The notes under the pieces are model-generated. The model saw nothing but the letters and a program-made list of their open reading frames with translations, was not told the DNA's origin and searched no databases. A stretch of DNA of 64,000 nucleotides from the human T2T-CHM13v2.0 reference genome, Homo sapiens. The stretch lies in the NCBI RefSeq assembly GCF_009914755.1, contig NC_060929.1, one strand, 5' to 3'. Shown here piece by piece: positions 40,123 through 55,022 of the stretch. Numbering within the stretch: position 1 is the stretch's first letter; each line of letters begins with the position of its first letter. Made by a program: the position numbers and the translations under genes.

Positions 40123-40561
40123 TGTATTAGTTTCCAGTGGCTGCTGTAACAAATGGCCACACCTAATCGATTAAAACAACAGAAATTTATTATCTTACAG
40201 TGCTGGAAGCCAGAAGTATGAAATTAGATGTCAGCAGAGCCCATGCTTTCTTGGAAGGCTTTACAAAAGAATCCATTTTGTGTCTCTTCCAGCTTCTGAT
40301 GGGTGCTGTCATTCTTTGGTTTGTGGCTAAATTACTTTTGATCTCTGCCTCCATTTGTGGATAGTGTTGAATCTCATTCTTCCTCTCTCTTATAAGACAC
40401 TTGCCATGGCAAATGTCCACCCAAGTAATCCAGGATAATTTATCCAGGTCAAGATCTTTAATTTAATCTCATCTACAAAGATCATTCTCCTTATCAAATA
40501 AGATTTACAGGTTCCAGGGATTAGGACCTGATACCTTTGAAAAATCATTCAGTCTTGGACA
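40123..40561 (-). mobile_element. MLT1 (C/D-like) LTR
   Basis: tgtattagtttccagtggctgctgtaacaaat...ttaaaacaacagaaatttattatcttacagtgctggaagccagaagt...acaggttccagggattaggac. Confidence 0.8.
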
Positions 40562-41999
40562 ACTATTAAAAAGAGTTTCAGCCTGATGTAAGGAAGTAGA
40601 ATATAAGCAGCTGCATTTGATAGGAGAAATGAGGAAATGGTTCAAAGAGCAGAGTATCTCTTGGTAGGGATCATAGTTGGAGCAGAATTAAGGCAATGAA
40701 CATGAGGATTATGGCAAAGGAGAAAAAGATCTCAAAATGATGTATGTGACAATAATGTTGTAATAATTTAACTGTTAATGGAAGCTAGACACTATCTTTG
40801 AAACCAGAAGATCAGAGTTGTTCTAAGTTTTTTTGTGTGTGGAAGAAATTGGAAAAAAAAAAGAAAAACCACGCTGTTCTGATCATAATTCTTCCGCACT
40901 TTCCCTGCTTCCAGTGAACAGGTAGAAATATAGAGTAGGTGTAGGTAGTTGACATACCTCTTAGAACTAACTACTATATAATATGGAATAATTAAAAAAT
41001 TGATAATTGAGGGATTCTAAATCTGGCTCTGGGCCTATAATACCTTGCATGCATGGTAGGAGTTATTTCCATGCAAAGATATGATTCTAGTTTACTGCTT
41101 TATTTGTGAATTCAGTCAGCTTTTATTTGCATCAATATTTTTTATAACATTATAAATCGGATATCTCTAGTCCAATAGAGCTAGCTTCCTTCAGTAATAG
41201 GAGTGTTTAATGCACAGAGAGTCCTTATGAAAAAGGTGAATATATAATATATACAACCTAGAATCACTACTCTCATGAAACACACAAAATAATTTCCTGA
41301 CAATCCAGGGGCCATCTGCTTGGGTTTTCTACTCACTGTACAATAAAATTTCAAGAGAAGACTACTAAAAAATAGTAGTCTTCGAGGAGACTACTGTGTG
41401 ACTTGGGCTATCAGCAATGGGCATTTTGAAACCTAACAATTTTCTTTTCATTGTTGCTATTCTTTGGATGAATAGTTTGTCTTATTTCATCTTAATGGTT
41501 GTGATACAACTGTCATCAACCCAGTCTTCCAGTTTTCTGACCTGCTGTGCAATGAAAAAAAGATGAGTCAGACTTCACAGAGTTATAGAGTTTGAGACAG
41601 GGGTGCTGATTACTACAGTTCTCATTTGGTTGCTAAGATATATAACAGGAGAAAATATGGTATTTCCTTAGAACTTAGATGTACTTTAGAATGACAACCA
41701 GGACCTATGTAATTTACTAGAGTCAACTTTCCAAGCATAATGATATCAGTCCTTTAAATTTATGAGACAATTTATGATAATAGTATTTCTTTTAAAGCAG
41801 CTGAACAGTAAAATATGGATGATAAAATGAGATTCATATTTTTTAAATATATTTATTCAGGACCTTTTGCCAGAGTGTCTCAGAAACCTCCCAACTAGTC
41901 TTTGTGTCCATAATTTTCTACTTATCATGTATATCAATCATTTTGCTCTCAGAGAAATGTTTCTAAGCCTACATACTTATATCCCAAATGCAAAATTAA

Positions 42000-42700
42000 A
42001 CACTGATTTATTCATTCAACAAATTATTGAGTACATAAAAAGAATAAAGGTACAGTCCTTAAAGGTGCTCAATATTATGACTAATGTACATAGAAAATAT
42101 GTTTAAATAATTACAAAACAAATTGTAAGTAAAGGCATAATGAGAAAGGTAAAAATAAATTCTAAGAAGTTTAGAAGAGTGAGAGATTATTTTCTAATAT
42201 GAGGGAAAAGGTGTGAATGTGGAGGAGGTACTTCTTGAGCTTGGACATGATTTCTGGGCTTATTTGCAGACAAAGGAGGTACATCGAATAGCTAAGAAAT
42301 TTGAACTGAATTCTTTAGATAAGTTTTAATAATTGGTATGTTTTCAGTGGAAGACTTCCATGATGTTTATTTTTTTAATAGAATAGCATTTTTGAAAGTA
42401 TGACAAGTAGCCATGTCAGCATGGTATGAAGAAAGAGTAATGAAATAAATAAGCTATTACAATGATGGGTATATATGTTAAGGAATTATTCATTAAATGG
42501 GGTAGGAATTGGGATTTTTAAAAAGTGGAATGAACAAAACTTGTGAGCAGTCATAATTTTATTTGGAATGGTGAAAATAAGAGCTGAAGACTAAGCAGTT
42601 TTCTCTCTTAGATTTGATGGATGGTGATGACATTATCTAACAAAAATAATTAAAAAAGAGAAGGTTGTGGCAGGACAAGAGCTGAGAGTTCTAAAACTTT
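42000..42700 (-). mobile_element. L2 remnant
   Basis: ttattcattcaacaaattattgagtac (L2 3' tail in reverse) followed by purine-rich L2-like sequence. Confidence 0.5.
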
Positions 42701-43129
42701 TAACTAATTTGGTATCCTTTGAAATATATATTATTTAAATGCTTTTCTTCACCTTTTAATTAGAGAAGACTTCGAATGCTGGTTTGGGAAGAAGTGAAAA
42801 AGGAGGATTTCTTGCGGTACTTCCTTAACTTGTGCATCCTAGTCAGTAAAATGAGCTTTGTAGATAAATGGGTCCATTCATTATGGGAAACAGCTTAACA
42901 AATATCAGTAGCTATTGAAACATGTATCTTTGAGGACAATCTTGTCCCAACCCTCTTACGCAATACCACTTTCAATCATATAGAGTTCTGGAAATTCAAT
43001 ATTATCTATCTTATTATATTTACAGTGGTATTTTGACTTCCCCTATAGACTGGAAATTGGCTTCCTGGCAGCTCACGAGCACCCTTGACATTTAAAAGAG
43101 ATTTAGTTAAGAAATAATATATTTTGCGG

Positions 43130-43622
<493 letters not shown>

Positions 43623-44439
43623 TTAAAAGCACTTGAGCACTTGGGAACACCAAGATTTAAAGATGGAATAAGGAAGAGCAATTGGGGAATAAAACAGAAA
43701 AAAAAACCCAAAAAACAAAAAAGTAGTCAGAATTGTAGAAGAGATTAGAAACATTGTGAATGGAATGACAGGAAAAGATGAAAGTTTCAATAAGGTGATG
43801 GTGAATAGTGTGGGAAAGCGAAAAGAAATACTTGGATGAAGACAAGGAAGATGCCAAAAATCTAATACTTGGAAAGTCTTTGGTGAGAAATTGTGACAGA
43901 AATGTTTAAGACATGTTGGAAGAATTGAAGAGACACCATGAACAGAGATCAGTTGGTGAAGGCTTCTCTTTCAAATTTTGGGAATGAATTTAAAAATTTA
44001 GATTTTTTTCTGAGAGAGAGAATTCACAGTGTCTAATTAAATAATGTAATTTGATGGTGGGCGTAGTTATAAAATCAGGAGAAGGAATGATAAGAGGAGT
44101 GATCGATTAAAGGTATAAGAAAGTGATAGGAACATTAATGGTCTACAGTTCCCAAAGAGGCAATCTAATTGTTTATGGGAGTAGGGAGTAGGGACCCAGA
44201 ATACAGGAAAAAAAGAAAAGTCTGCATCAAGAAAATAGGAAGACTAACATAGCAGGTGAGGTGGACATTAATAATTTGAGCCGATTGTGGTGAAATTTGT
44301 AGTTATTACTGTGTGTTAAAAAAAAGAAAAAAAAGATTACCTAAGTAGGAATGAGTTAATTAAATTCTCCTTAGTATTGATGATGATAAGATAATATCAC
44401 ATATGGTAGCTTAGATGAGAGATTAAGTGATATCCTAAG

Positions 44440-44832
44440 TGCTAGGATCTGAATGTGTTCCCCAAAATTCGTATATTGAAACTTAATAAGCAATGTAATA
44501 GTAACAAGAGATGGGGCCTGTAGGCGGTGATTAGGTCATGAAGGTGCAGCCCTCATGGAAGGGACTAGGGTGTTTACAAAGGGGCTTTAGGAAAAGTGTT
44601 AGCCTTTCTGTATTCCTTACCCTATGTGAGGACACAGCATTTGTCCCCTCTGGAAGATGTGGCAGCAAGGCACCCTCTTGGAAGCAGAAGACTGTGTCTT
44701 CACTGGACATAAACTTGCTGGCAGCTTGATCTTGGGCTTTCCACCCTCCAGAACTGTAAGAAATACATTTATATTATTCATGAATTACACCATCTCAGGT
44801 ATTTTGTTATAGCAGCACAAACGGACTAGACA
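44440..44832 (+). mobile_element. MST (MSTD-like) MaLR solo LTR
   Basis: tgctaggatctgaatgtgttccccaaaattcgtatattgaaac...ccagaactgtaagaaatac...gttatagcagcacaaacggactagaca; TSD cta(a/g)g. Confidence 0.85.
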
Positions 44833-46595
44833 CTAGGTTTTAACAGTATTGGTTTCAGGAATTTTTATTGTTGTTGTATCAGAAATTATCACAGCTTAAT
44901 ATGATTCTCTGATGAAATTGACTTAGGTGGCCAGGGTGGTTTTAAAGAATAGAAAATTATATTATGCTAGGTTAAGTACATTGGTATAGATTGTGTTTGT
45001 TTGCTCTGCTTTGTGTAGAAATCAGTTGAATAAAAATCAAGAAGTATTTTTTTTATCTCAGTATTAAGACAAAAGTTCTAAGTTACTCTGATTGGGACGT
45101 AATGTTTATTGGTTAACACAGAAGTCATATAAAGCCTGGGATTTTGATAAGTTATTACTTAAAGACATTTTTAGCAATGGATTCTTTCCCTAAGACTCTC
45201 GAAGTGCTCAACTTACACTTTCATGTTAGCATGACTCATTGCATACTCGTATTTGATTAGATGATCCAATATTTATGTAAAAGTGGGTTTTACAGTAACA
45301 AATGAAAATTTCATAAGCAGCCTTTGGACTAAAACAACTGACTCCAAGTTGTAAATGCAGATATGCCTAAGTTACTGGATCCTCTAGTTATGAACTATCC
45401 ATATGCATACTTACAAAACACACAAATGGCCACAATCAATATAAAATCAGCAACTCATTGAGCCAAAGGTCTTTTGGGTGTATCACAAAGCATAAACAAG
45501 TGAAAATGGGATGTTGAATATCATTTGTGGGTTATTCCAATTTATTAGTTAATTGTTCTTTGCTTCTCTACTTCTACATTTAATCTGTCTTGTTATCCAT
45601 ATTCTCAAGATCTCTTGAGAACTCTTTCCAAAGAGCTTATTCAGATATTTTCCATTAAATATAAAATTCTTATGGGCACAGGAAGCCTATTACCTCCTTT
45701 TAAAATAATTTTCTTTCTTACTACATTGCTTACATTTCCAGGGCTGTGTATTGTCTTTTTTCTTAAGACATGAAATATCCTGGAGTCTGGGATAACTTTT
45801 ATATTTTTGATATTGGAACAAGTGAACAATCACAAGATGGGGCATTGTACACATTGTAAATAATGTTGATGCTATTTTATTTTACTTTAATTCCAAAACA
45901 GTTCATTTGGGAAGTGTGGAAATGGACTGCAAAGTTTCCTAAAATAACATTTTCATGACTTCAATTAATTAGAAGTTTTTAACTTGAAGCCATTGATTTT
46001 TGCCATTGACTATTTTTTCATTTATCCATTTGCTATAGACATATTATCATTTCATGATATTTTATGTAATGCTTTGCAATCAGACCTAGACCAATTTGAC
46101 ATGAGTATCTACTAGGTTTTCCCAGTCAGATAACAGTTATTGGCAATAATTAGATGAGCGTTGGCTATTTTGCTACAACCTTACTTTCAGATTGTAATTA
46201 AGACTGAGACCAAATTCTTCCACATATATAAATCTTCATTACTGAGCAGGCAGAAAATAGTCATACAGACTATTTTGTTGAGTAACTTTAGTGAAGTTTT
46301 CAGCTCTCTGTTGTTTGAGATGGTCATGAGACCATCCCCATTGAAAACTACTATTAGTAGATAGTGTCTACTGATGCTATCAAACGCTCTCAGTACCAAA
46401 TCTACAAAAAGAAAATACCTAGGAAGACATTTAGGTTTATCTGTAATTTCTTATATTCATGTGAGGCTATACTGTCTATGAAAATCTTACTTAAAAGCCA
46501 AAGATTATTAAGATATCTATAATTCACTTTGAATATTTCAGCATAAGTAGTATGATGTTATGTATCTGTTATGTATATATTTACATTGAATTCTA

Positions 46596-47466
46596 GGTGA
46601 GTGAGTCAGTGAGTAAGTGGTGGGTAAATGTGAAGGCCTAGGACATTATAGTACACTACTACAGACTTCATAAACATTGTAAACTTAGGATACACTAAAT
46701 GTATTAAAAAACATTTTTTCTTCAATAACAATTTAACCTTGGCATACTGTAACATTTTCACTTTATTAACCACAAATTTTTAAACTTTTGATTCTTGTAA
46801 TAATACTTAGCTTAAAACACAAACACATTGCACAATTGTACAAAAATATTTTACTTTTAATATCTTATTCTGTGAGCTTATTTCTATTTAAATTTATGCT
46901 GTTTTACCTTTCCAGCTTTCGGTCAAATACTAAGACACAAATGCACATATTAGCCAAAGCCTACACTACACAGGGTCAAGGTCAGCAATATTGTTGTTTT
47001 CCACCTTCATATTTTGTCCCACTTAAAGGTTGTGAGGGGCAATAAACCATGGAGTTGTCATCTCCTATGATATCAATGCCTTCTTCTGGAATACCTTCTG
47101 AAGTACCTGTCTGAGGTTGTTTTACAGTTAACTTAAAAAAAAAAGTATAAGCTGAAGGTGTACACTTTAAACTAAAAATAAAAATTATAGTATAGTATAT
47201 TTATACATAAACCAGTAGCACAGTCATTTATTATCATGACGAAGTATTTTGTAATGTACATAACTGAAAGTCCTATACTTTTATATGACTGGCGGCACAG
47301 TAGATTTGTTTACATCAATATCACAACAAACACATGTTGCGCTACAATGTCATGATGACTATGACATCACTAGGAAATAGAAATTTTTCAGCTCCATTAT
47401 AATCTTACGGGACCATCATTATATATGTAGTCTGTTCACTGAAATGTCATTATGCAGTATGTGGCT
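46596..47466 (+). mobile_element. Tigger3 (MER7/Golem-type) TcMar DNA transposon, partial
   Basis: gtgagtcagtgagtaagtggtgggtaaatgtgaaggcctaggacatta...aatttttcagctccattataatcttacgggacca...gaaatgtcattatgcagtatgtggct (degenerate terminal repeat). Confidence 0.85.
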
Positions 47467-47710
47467 ATATTTTCTTGAGGATTTTTGCATCTATATTTAT
47501 CAGGGATTTGACCAGTAGTTTTCTTCTGTTATGATATTTTTGGCTTTCAGGGTTCCCAGCTTCCTCCTCTTCAGCATGTATGTCGTCCCTCCATCTGCTC
47601 TCAATGCCTTCCCTCTGAAGATTGGCTAGGAATGCACCAGTCTTGCAATCCTCTTGGTCCCTCAGTGGGAGATATTCCTCCTGGCTCCATCTAGTCATCC
47701 ATCTTGGAAT
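47467..47710 (-). mobile_element. L1 fragments: short ORF2 piece joined to an L1M 5'-end piece
   Basis: ttgaggatttttgcatctatatttatcagggat (SLINIDAKIL) followed by cctcctggctccatctagtcatccatcttgg, which is L1 5'-terminus-like. Confidence 0.6.
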
Positions 47711-48606
47711 AAAACTCAGCCATCTCTCCATGTATTTATAGACTAGCTTCATACATGGAAATAGCTTTACCAATCAACCTGGCTAGAGATTCTATGGGCC
47801 TCTCAAACCTTTTCTGTGAATGTGTCTTCTCTGGAATTGTGTGTGTAGATTTATAATTAGAGCTACTTACTGGTTTTATTTCTTTTCTTTAACATAATCT
47901 TTTGCATTTGCTCTTTTTCATCTTCTTTGCATTAATTACTCCATCAGCATGTCTGAACATTATGGCAAACAACTTAATTCTACATATGTATTTGTGGTGA
48001 GAAAAAAGAATCATTTTAAGTGAACAATTCAACATTTTGAAGACTGACACCATTTTACATGATTTCTTTTCTCAGTTAATGATATTTATATCTACCTATT
48101 TCCCAAATTGAAAACCTCCCCAAAACATCTTTAGTTCATATCACTTATTCCTTTAGTTAATCAATCACTGAAACATGTTGATTAGAGCTCCCGATTCCTT
48201 TGGAAATTTCACCACGTCATTCCCACCATGATTCCCTTTTTGCATAATCCAATATCTATTATTAATACAAACTCCTGTTCCTAAAACTCAAATGTTATTG
48301 GTGTAATCATCTGCCAATCTTTTTCTCTGTCTCTCTCCCCTGCCTCTCTCACACACACATACACACACACACAAACACACACAATCCTTAACCTTTTCCA
48401 CCCCTTTACTTATGCTAATACCACACTAGTATGTCCAAAATCTTTAGAATGATACATAAGACCGCTTTTCAGTATTTTAACTTAATCTTACAGCTTCGTA
48501 TTTTCTGTTAATTAGGACACATGATTTGCTCTTAAAACATGCTATAGTCTCTATTACCCCATGGCTCCTGATTTCTTTCATACCTCTTTGCCATTGAACC
48601 TACTAT

Positions 48607-49351
48607 TGAAACAACCTTTGCAAAAAATATAGCAGTGAGAAAATTATGACAGTGAAAGAGATCTGACCTAACCAACTCCATCTTGCCTATAACCTTCAAA
48701 TTGCCCTTGGTCATTCCTGGGGTCATTCCAAGCTAATTTTGAGAGAAATTTAGTTTATAGTTTAAATGACAATAGCCATTCCCAAGCTAAACTGTCTTTT
48801 TAAAGTTAGTAAAAAGCCCCAAGTTTAGGATTATGAAAGGGGCCTGAATTCTGGTAAGTTGTAGGCATAGTTAAATGATTACCAGATGACTATCAGACAT
48901 CGTTCCAGATGTCACAATATTTGTAACTTCCCCAGTTACTCCTGTAAATAACATCACTATTGTAGAAGCTAAGATTGGCCTTCTGAGATGTCTTTTCAGA
49001 CTTTTGAATTTCTGTTGACTGGCTGACTCCACCTGGACCTGCGACTCATGACTCATCTGGCCCCATGGCCCCCACCCAGAAGCAGACTCAGTGCATGAGA
49101 ATTATTTTCCACACCCCTGTGATTGCATCCCCAACCAATCAGCAGTACCCATTCCCTAGCCCCCTGCCCGCCAAACTATCCTTGAAAAAATCCTAGCCTC
49201 CGAATTCCGGGGGAGGCTGATTTGAATAGAAGGAAACACTGGTCTCCCATTGAGGTGGCTCTCTGTGTATTAAACTCTGCAATTCCCTTGTCTTGATAAG
49301 TTGGCTTCATCTGGGCAGTGGGCAAGAAAAAGAACCCATTTGGCAGTTACA
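48607..49351 (+). mobile_element. LTR8A-like ERV1 solo LTR
   Basis: tgaaacaacctttgcaaaaaatatagcagtgagaaaattatgacagtgaaagagatctgacctaacc...cccatttggcagttaca; 4-bp TSD ctat at 48603-48606 and 49352-49355. Confidence 0.92.
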
Positions 49352-51189
49352 CTATTCTGTCTTATTAAAATTTCCTACTTGAGTTAAGTCTGCCACACCT
49401 CAGTCTGATTTCTATTTTTAAATAAAAACCTAGACTCATTTGTCTCTCTCTCTCTCTCTTTCTTATCTCTATCTCTGTCTAACTCTAAAAACATATTGTT
49501 TTAAAATTTTGTATATTTCTTATATTTTCTATATATGGGAAAATATATTTTCTACTTTTTGGTTATGTATTCAAATTACAGGGCAAAGTGTTAGGGATTC
49601 TTTTGTAATGTCAAGATGTATTTCTATATAGCCAATAAGAGTATTAAAATATGTAACAAAATACAGAAAATAGAAAATGCCTTTAATTCCATCATAAAAG
49701 CTCAAAAGATAGTTGAAATGTTCACATATCCTTTTGAGTAGTGAACTTCACACATACACACACAGAAATTAAGAATATATAATATAATTTTAAAAAGCTA
49801 TTGAATATTGCTGTGTTTGGAGCACTCTTTGTTTAAGAGTGGCATTTGAGAGTTTTATCCTTGAATAATTATTTTATCAATAGCCTGATATTATATAACA
49901 ATTATTCATGGCATAATGCAGTTGAAATTAATTCACTAGATAACTAATAGCCTGCACTTTTGCTTCTCCATTAAAATCCATGACTTTTATATTTTCCTTT
50001 CAGTTAAAAAATTTATTTAGAGATGTAGGAAAGGCACAAAAAGTTTTCTCAGGTAGCATATAGTACAGTGCAGCATCTGAGAAAAGGAGCAGCTACACTC
50101 TCACGAAAATTGCACTCTATTATTTACAAATATATAGTTATAGAGATTGTCATATCAACCAAGTAGATATTGTAGACAGGGGAATGCTCTTTTTTCATGT
50201 CCTTCTATTTGCCTTTCTTTATTTCCATAAGCATTTGTTAGACATCCTCTTTGTATCATCTTTATGGAAATTATCACCTCTTTTGTATTTCTCAACTCCC
50301 AAATTAGCATATTTTTCATTATAATTGGTTGAGTTATTTTTGCTATGTCAAGCATTTATCTATTAAGTCTAATGTTTACCAGAGCACAAGTTGTCCATAT
50401 GTATATGTCCCAAGTCAATTTTATATATTCAGATATTAGAGAAATAAAAATCTGACAAAATAAAACAAATAAATACAAATAAGCAGAATTAGAAAAGGGT
50501 ATTAATGTATTAATGATAACAGATTCATTAATTGTTAGGGACTTAAAATGCACTAGAAAAATGTAATATTCTGTATCTAGATTATAACAATTTTTTTTTG
50601 TCATTGACTTTCCAAATCTTACTAGAAGTTTTCTATCTCTTATCTTAATTTTTGGTAGATGGAAAATCACTCTAGATTGAAATTTATATGATACAGATCA
50701 CATGTAATTTATATAGGTTCAACATGCCATAGACTATCTTGTTCTCATTTTCATTTTCAGTTTAAAAATATTATAAATTAGAACATTTTTATTGTGCATT
50801 GAATGGAAAAATAAAATTGAAACTATATTTATGCCTTTGAAGTTAGTCTCTTCAAAGTAAAGTGGTAAATTTTCATCTGGTTTTGGTTTACTGTTTTTGC
50901 AAAAAGTTCCATTTTTCAATTCTAATCATCTATTACCCAACACCAGTCCTATTAGCTTGCAAATAAGTATGCTATCTTCAGTCATAAATGTGAAGGATTG
51001 CTGGATGGAGGTTGTAAAAAACAGAAAAGAATGAAGTTGCAAAGTAAATGTGATGGCAATGGTTGGTAAGCATGGAAAAATATAATGTTTGATTTATTGC
51101 AAGGTTTTATTCTGACCGAGATTTTACTTTGTTTGATATTGTTACAATAAGCACGATAAGATTTCCATAATAATACGAACTTGTGTGAG

Positions 51190-51627
51190 TATATTGTATC
51201 TCTTTTGTCCCTAAGATTGACTTTTCCTTCAGCACATTAACTATATGAACTACATCAACGGGCTGCTTTAACAGTCTGTTTTTGGTTTGGGTTGACTGAT
51301 AAGAGGAACCAGCAGAAGGTGGGGGACAGGGAAGGGAAGGTGAAAACTGGATTCGGGGTAATTATTTTTCTGGCTATATTCCTCGTAGGTCATATTTTTT
51401 CTTGCTGTTTTCTCTATTAGCCATAGTTTGTGTCAGGTACATTTTTCCATACAACTACTCTATTTGCCTGGATATTGTGAAGGCTTCCTGTTCTTACCAT
51501 CCTCTGTTATACTACTATCTTTTTTAGGTCTCCTTAATCCCTCTGCACAAATAGTTTTACACTGAACTCCTCAAAGCATGCAGTTTCCATGCACCATCTG
51601 TTTCTTGCCAGGAACCTAATTTATACA
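51190..51627 (+). mobile_element. LTR33-like ERVL LTR
   Basis: actacatcaacgggctgc...ggtttgggttgactgataagaggaaccagcagaag...tgcaccatctgtttcttgccaggaacctaatttataca. Confidence 0.6.
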
Positions 51628-53208
51628 GTGAAAGAGAACAATGTTTATGTTGCTTCTGAAAACAATGTGTTTATAAATGTGAAGAATTGGTAGATTACTT
51701 ACAATAATTCTATGAGTTATTTTAATGCTTAAAATAAGAAACAATTTACAAAATGGATTTCTTTTGTCCTTTTGAATCTATTAAAACAAATAAACTCTAA
51801 GGGGAAATACTAGAGAGCTGAGTTAAAATATATTTCACACATGTGTGGACACACACCTACCCATACACATATATATCTCTGAATCTTTAATTCTGTAACT
51901 TAATAGCAATTAAGGTATTTCTATTTTACCCTTGCATTTTTAAAAACTAGAGAACCCATATGTGAAACCCAAAGTATAGTTATTCCTCTGTCAACTTGAG
52001 AATAATCCATTGTTTTACTCCAAAAACTTGAGTTAAAAAGCAACATATTATTTGAGAAAAAATGAAACATAGCAGAGAAATTAAATTTATCTCTGCCTTT
52101 CATGCCTTTCAAGTCTAGCTCCCTAGTTTACTTCCCACACAGCTGCATCTAGTAAACTGGCAAGACATTTTGGTAGCTGAGGCAATAGCAGCCTTTAAAT
52201 CCAATAATTTAATATCTCATTCAAACACAATAAATAAATAAGAAGGGAACAAATGCAATTACATAAAAATCACACTGTCATTATAACTAAAAAAAATCTA
52301 AATTTTAAATTATCTATGGGTAAAAAAAAAAATCAAGCAAACAGAAATATTCAAGAACACCAACAAACTCCAGCAAGCTACCTCCATGGAACAGGGGAGA
52401 GGGCAACTAGCAATGCCTAAAATTAATGCTGAACCATCAGCCAAGAATGGAAGATTATTCAACTTGTGAAAATAAAGATTGCAGGGGTCAAATTGATAAA
52501 GTATAAGGGCGTGTTGGATGAAAAGGTAGTCTCCTAGGAGTGGAGGAACACAGTGAAAGGAGTTGATGGAAATGGAAAAGCATTCTTTCGAAGCACAAGG
52601 ATGAATTGCAAAAGAGCAAGTGGAAAAAAACAAGATTTTCAAGGCAAAAGAAAATTTAAAAAATTAAAAGCGTACAACCTGGTCCCCACTTCCTCACTCC
52701 TCCTAAGAAAAATCTAATACAGAATTATATGCTTTGTTACAGAGACAGAAGTGAGTGATTTTTAAACCAAGATCCTTATAAAACAACAGATTGTCAGTCT
52801 TGTCAATAAAAATTCAGAATATCAAACACTCTTTTCTGAAAATGTTGACAAAGTTAAATGAAAAATATAAAGTTATACAATTTAGCTGGCAAAAAAGCCC
52901 TTCCCTCACCCCCCCAAAAACCATAACACTTGGTCAAGCAGAAGAAAACTGAAATATAGCAGTATAAATTGAATTGCAAATCTTAAACCAGTGTTTATGG
53001 ATCTGAAAAATCATCTTGAATCAGAAATAAAAAATCTAAAATATAATGTTAATAACAGGAAGAAATAAAATTTATTGAGTCAAGAAAATAAATAGAAGGG
53101 ATGTTAAAATCATATTAGAAATAATTATGAAGTTACAAAGTGACCTAGAGAGAATAAATTTGAATGAGAAACCTTAAACTAAGGCTAGATATAGATAGAC
53201 AGGCAAAG

Positions 53209-53212
<4 letters not shown>

Positions 53213-53240
<28 letters not shown>
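53213..53240. repeat. (GA)n microsatellite
   Basis: Direct reading. Confidence 0.9.
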
Positions 53241-53243
<3 letters not shown>

Positions 53244-54798
53244 GAAAGGAAAGAAGGAAAAAACAGAAGGAAAGAGGAAAAGAGGAAAATCTAATAAAAC
53301 AAATGGGGTAAAATGTAAACAACAGGTGAATCTAGGTAAAGAGGGCATAGATGGGATATTCTTGATACTATTTTTGTCTTATCAACTTAAACAAAATTTT
53401 AAATTATTACAAAATTCAAAATTTAGTATACACATGCAGACATCTACAGTGTACACATCATACTGCAGAGTTAAATAAAGACATTTTTTCTTTAGCATTT
53501 ATGATCAAGGGAAGGTAAGAACTACAAATGATTTTAATCATAACACTTTTAATTCTTGCATATCATTCTTTAGCCATCTTTACTCACTCACAAGTTCTCT
53601 TCTGTTAGCAATGAATATTCTTTCATGTAGTTGTAAGATGGTAGTCTTTCAAAGGGCATACCTTTTCAAGAATACATAGCCATTGATATTCTCATTTAAA
53701 ATATTCATCATTATTTTTTGTAAATTATATATTTATATATTTTGCCATTGGTTGTTTGGTTAAATTTCATTTTTCTCGCTGATTTTTAAATATTTTTTGT
53801 ATATTAAAATTTGGTTTAAAAATAAAAAAACATAATAAGGGTCACAAAATAAAAGCAGTATAAAAAAACAAAAAGAATCATAAATAAAAGTCAGAGACGA
53901 ATTTATTAGAATGGAAGAAAGGAAAATAATAAATAATATATGCTTAATAGAAGATAATAAACGAAAAATCAAAAAAAGAACCAAATTACTTTATGACTAT
54001 AATCCAATTATACTTTCCAGAAACAAAAAGAGACCCAAATCTATACCGAAAGAAATTATACGCCAGGGAAAACTAATCCACACAATCCAAGACATATTCT
54101 AGTAAAACTTTTAGACTTTGCAGGTATAAACAATAACAAAATACTCATCTCCAGGTGAAAAAAGATCAAATAATCAGGGCAAGAGACTTATAATGGCTTC
54201 AGAGTTTTAAAAACAACAAATAAGACAATGCAAAAATAATGAAGAATTTTCAAGAAACTCAAGGAAAGAATACAGACGTAATGGTTTATATATATCCAGC
54301 TATGATTTCCTTCAAGTATCAAGGACATAGGAAAATAGTTTTGAGAGGTCAAGGATTTCAATACCCATGGATCTTTCTTATATAGTCTATGAGAACATGA
54401 AATTCATTCAATAAGAGGGAGCTGGGGAAATTTTAGCAGCAGGAATAATGGTGAACATTTAATATACTTACTTTTAGATCTAAGACTAAAAGCAGAATCA
54501 GGGCATAAATGAAAGAATAATTTATTATAGGCCATATGCCATGTGTTGGATATTTTGACAAAGCAGAAATAACACACATAAAATGAGAGGCAAAGGGCGA
54601 GGAGAAAAAATTAAGGTAAATATAACAGTGGGTAATTAAAGATTGTCACCAGAAATTAAAAATACAGTAAAGGATTAAACTAAAAATTATAAATAAGGAT
54701 ATTAAAAGAGTATCAGTATACAGGTAACCACCACTAGGGGAAAAAATCCAAGCTTTCCTAAAAACTTAGCACATAAAAAAAGAAAGATCGTGAAGATC

Positions 54799-55022
54799 TG
54801 TAAGCGGCATAATCTATAAGGTAGACCATACACATGCAAACATACACACAAAAAACCCTCATTCCCAAATGATATAAAACAACTTTTTCTCAAGTGCACA
54901 TGGGACATATGTTAAAAAATGATCATATAGTAAGGTATAATAAAAATATTGTTAAGCAACAATATTTTCTTAAAAATAAAGTAGAAATATTACAAACAAA
55001 ACTGTTGGATTAAAACACAATA
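54799..55022 (+). repeat. ~224-bp direct duplicate of 55536-55759
   Basis: tgtaagc(g/a)gcataatctataaggtagaccatacac...taaaaatattgttaagcaacaatattttcttaaaa...aaaacacaata present at both sites. Confidence 0.95.

Noticed and set aside
45602-45621. ttctcaaga-tc-tcttgagaa palindrome
   Set aside because: A 9-bp stem is expected occasionally in 64 kb; no supporting context.
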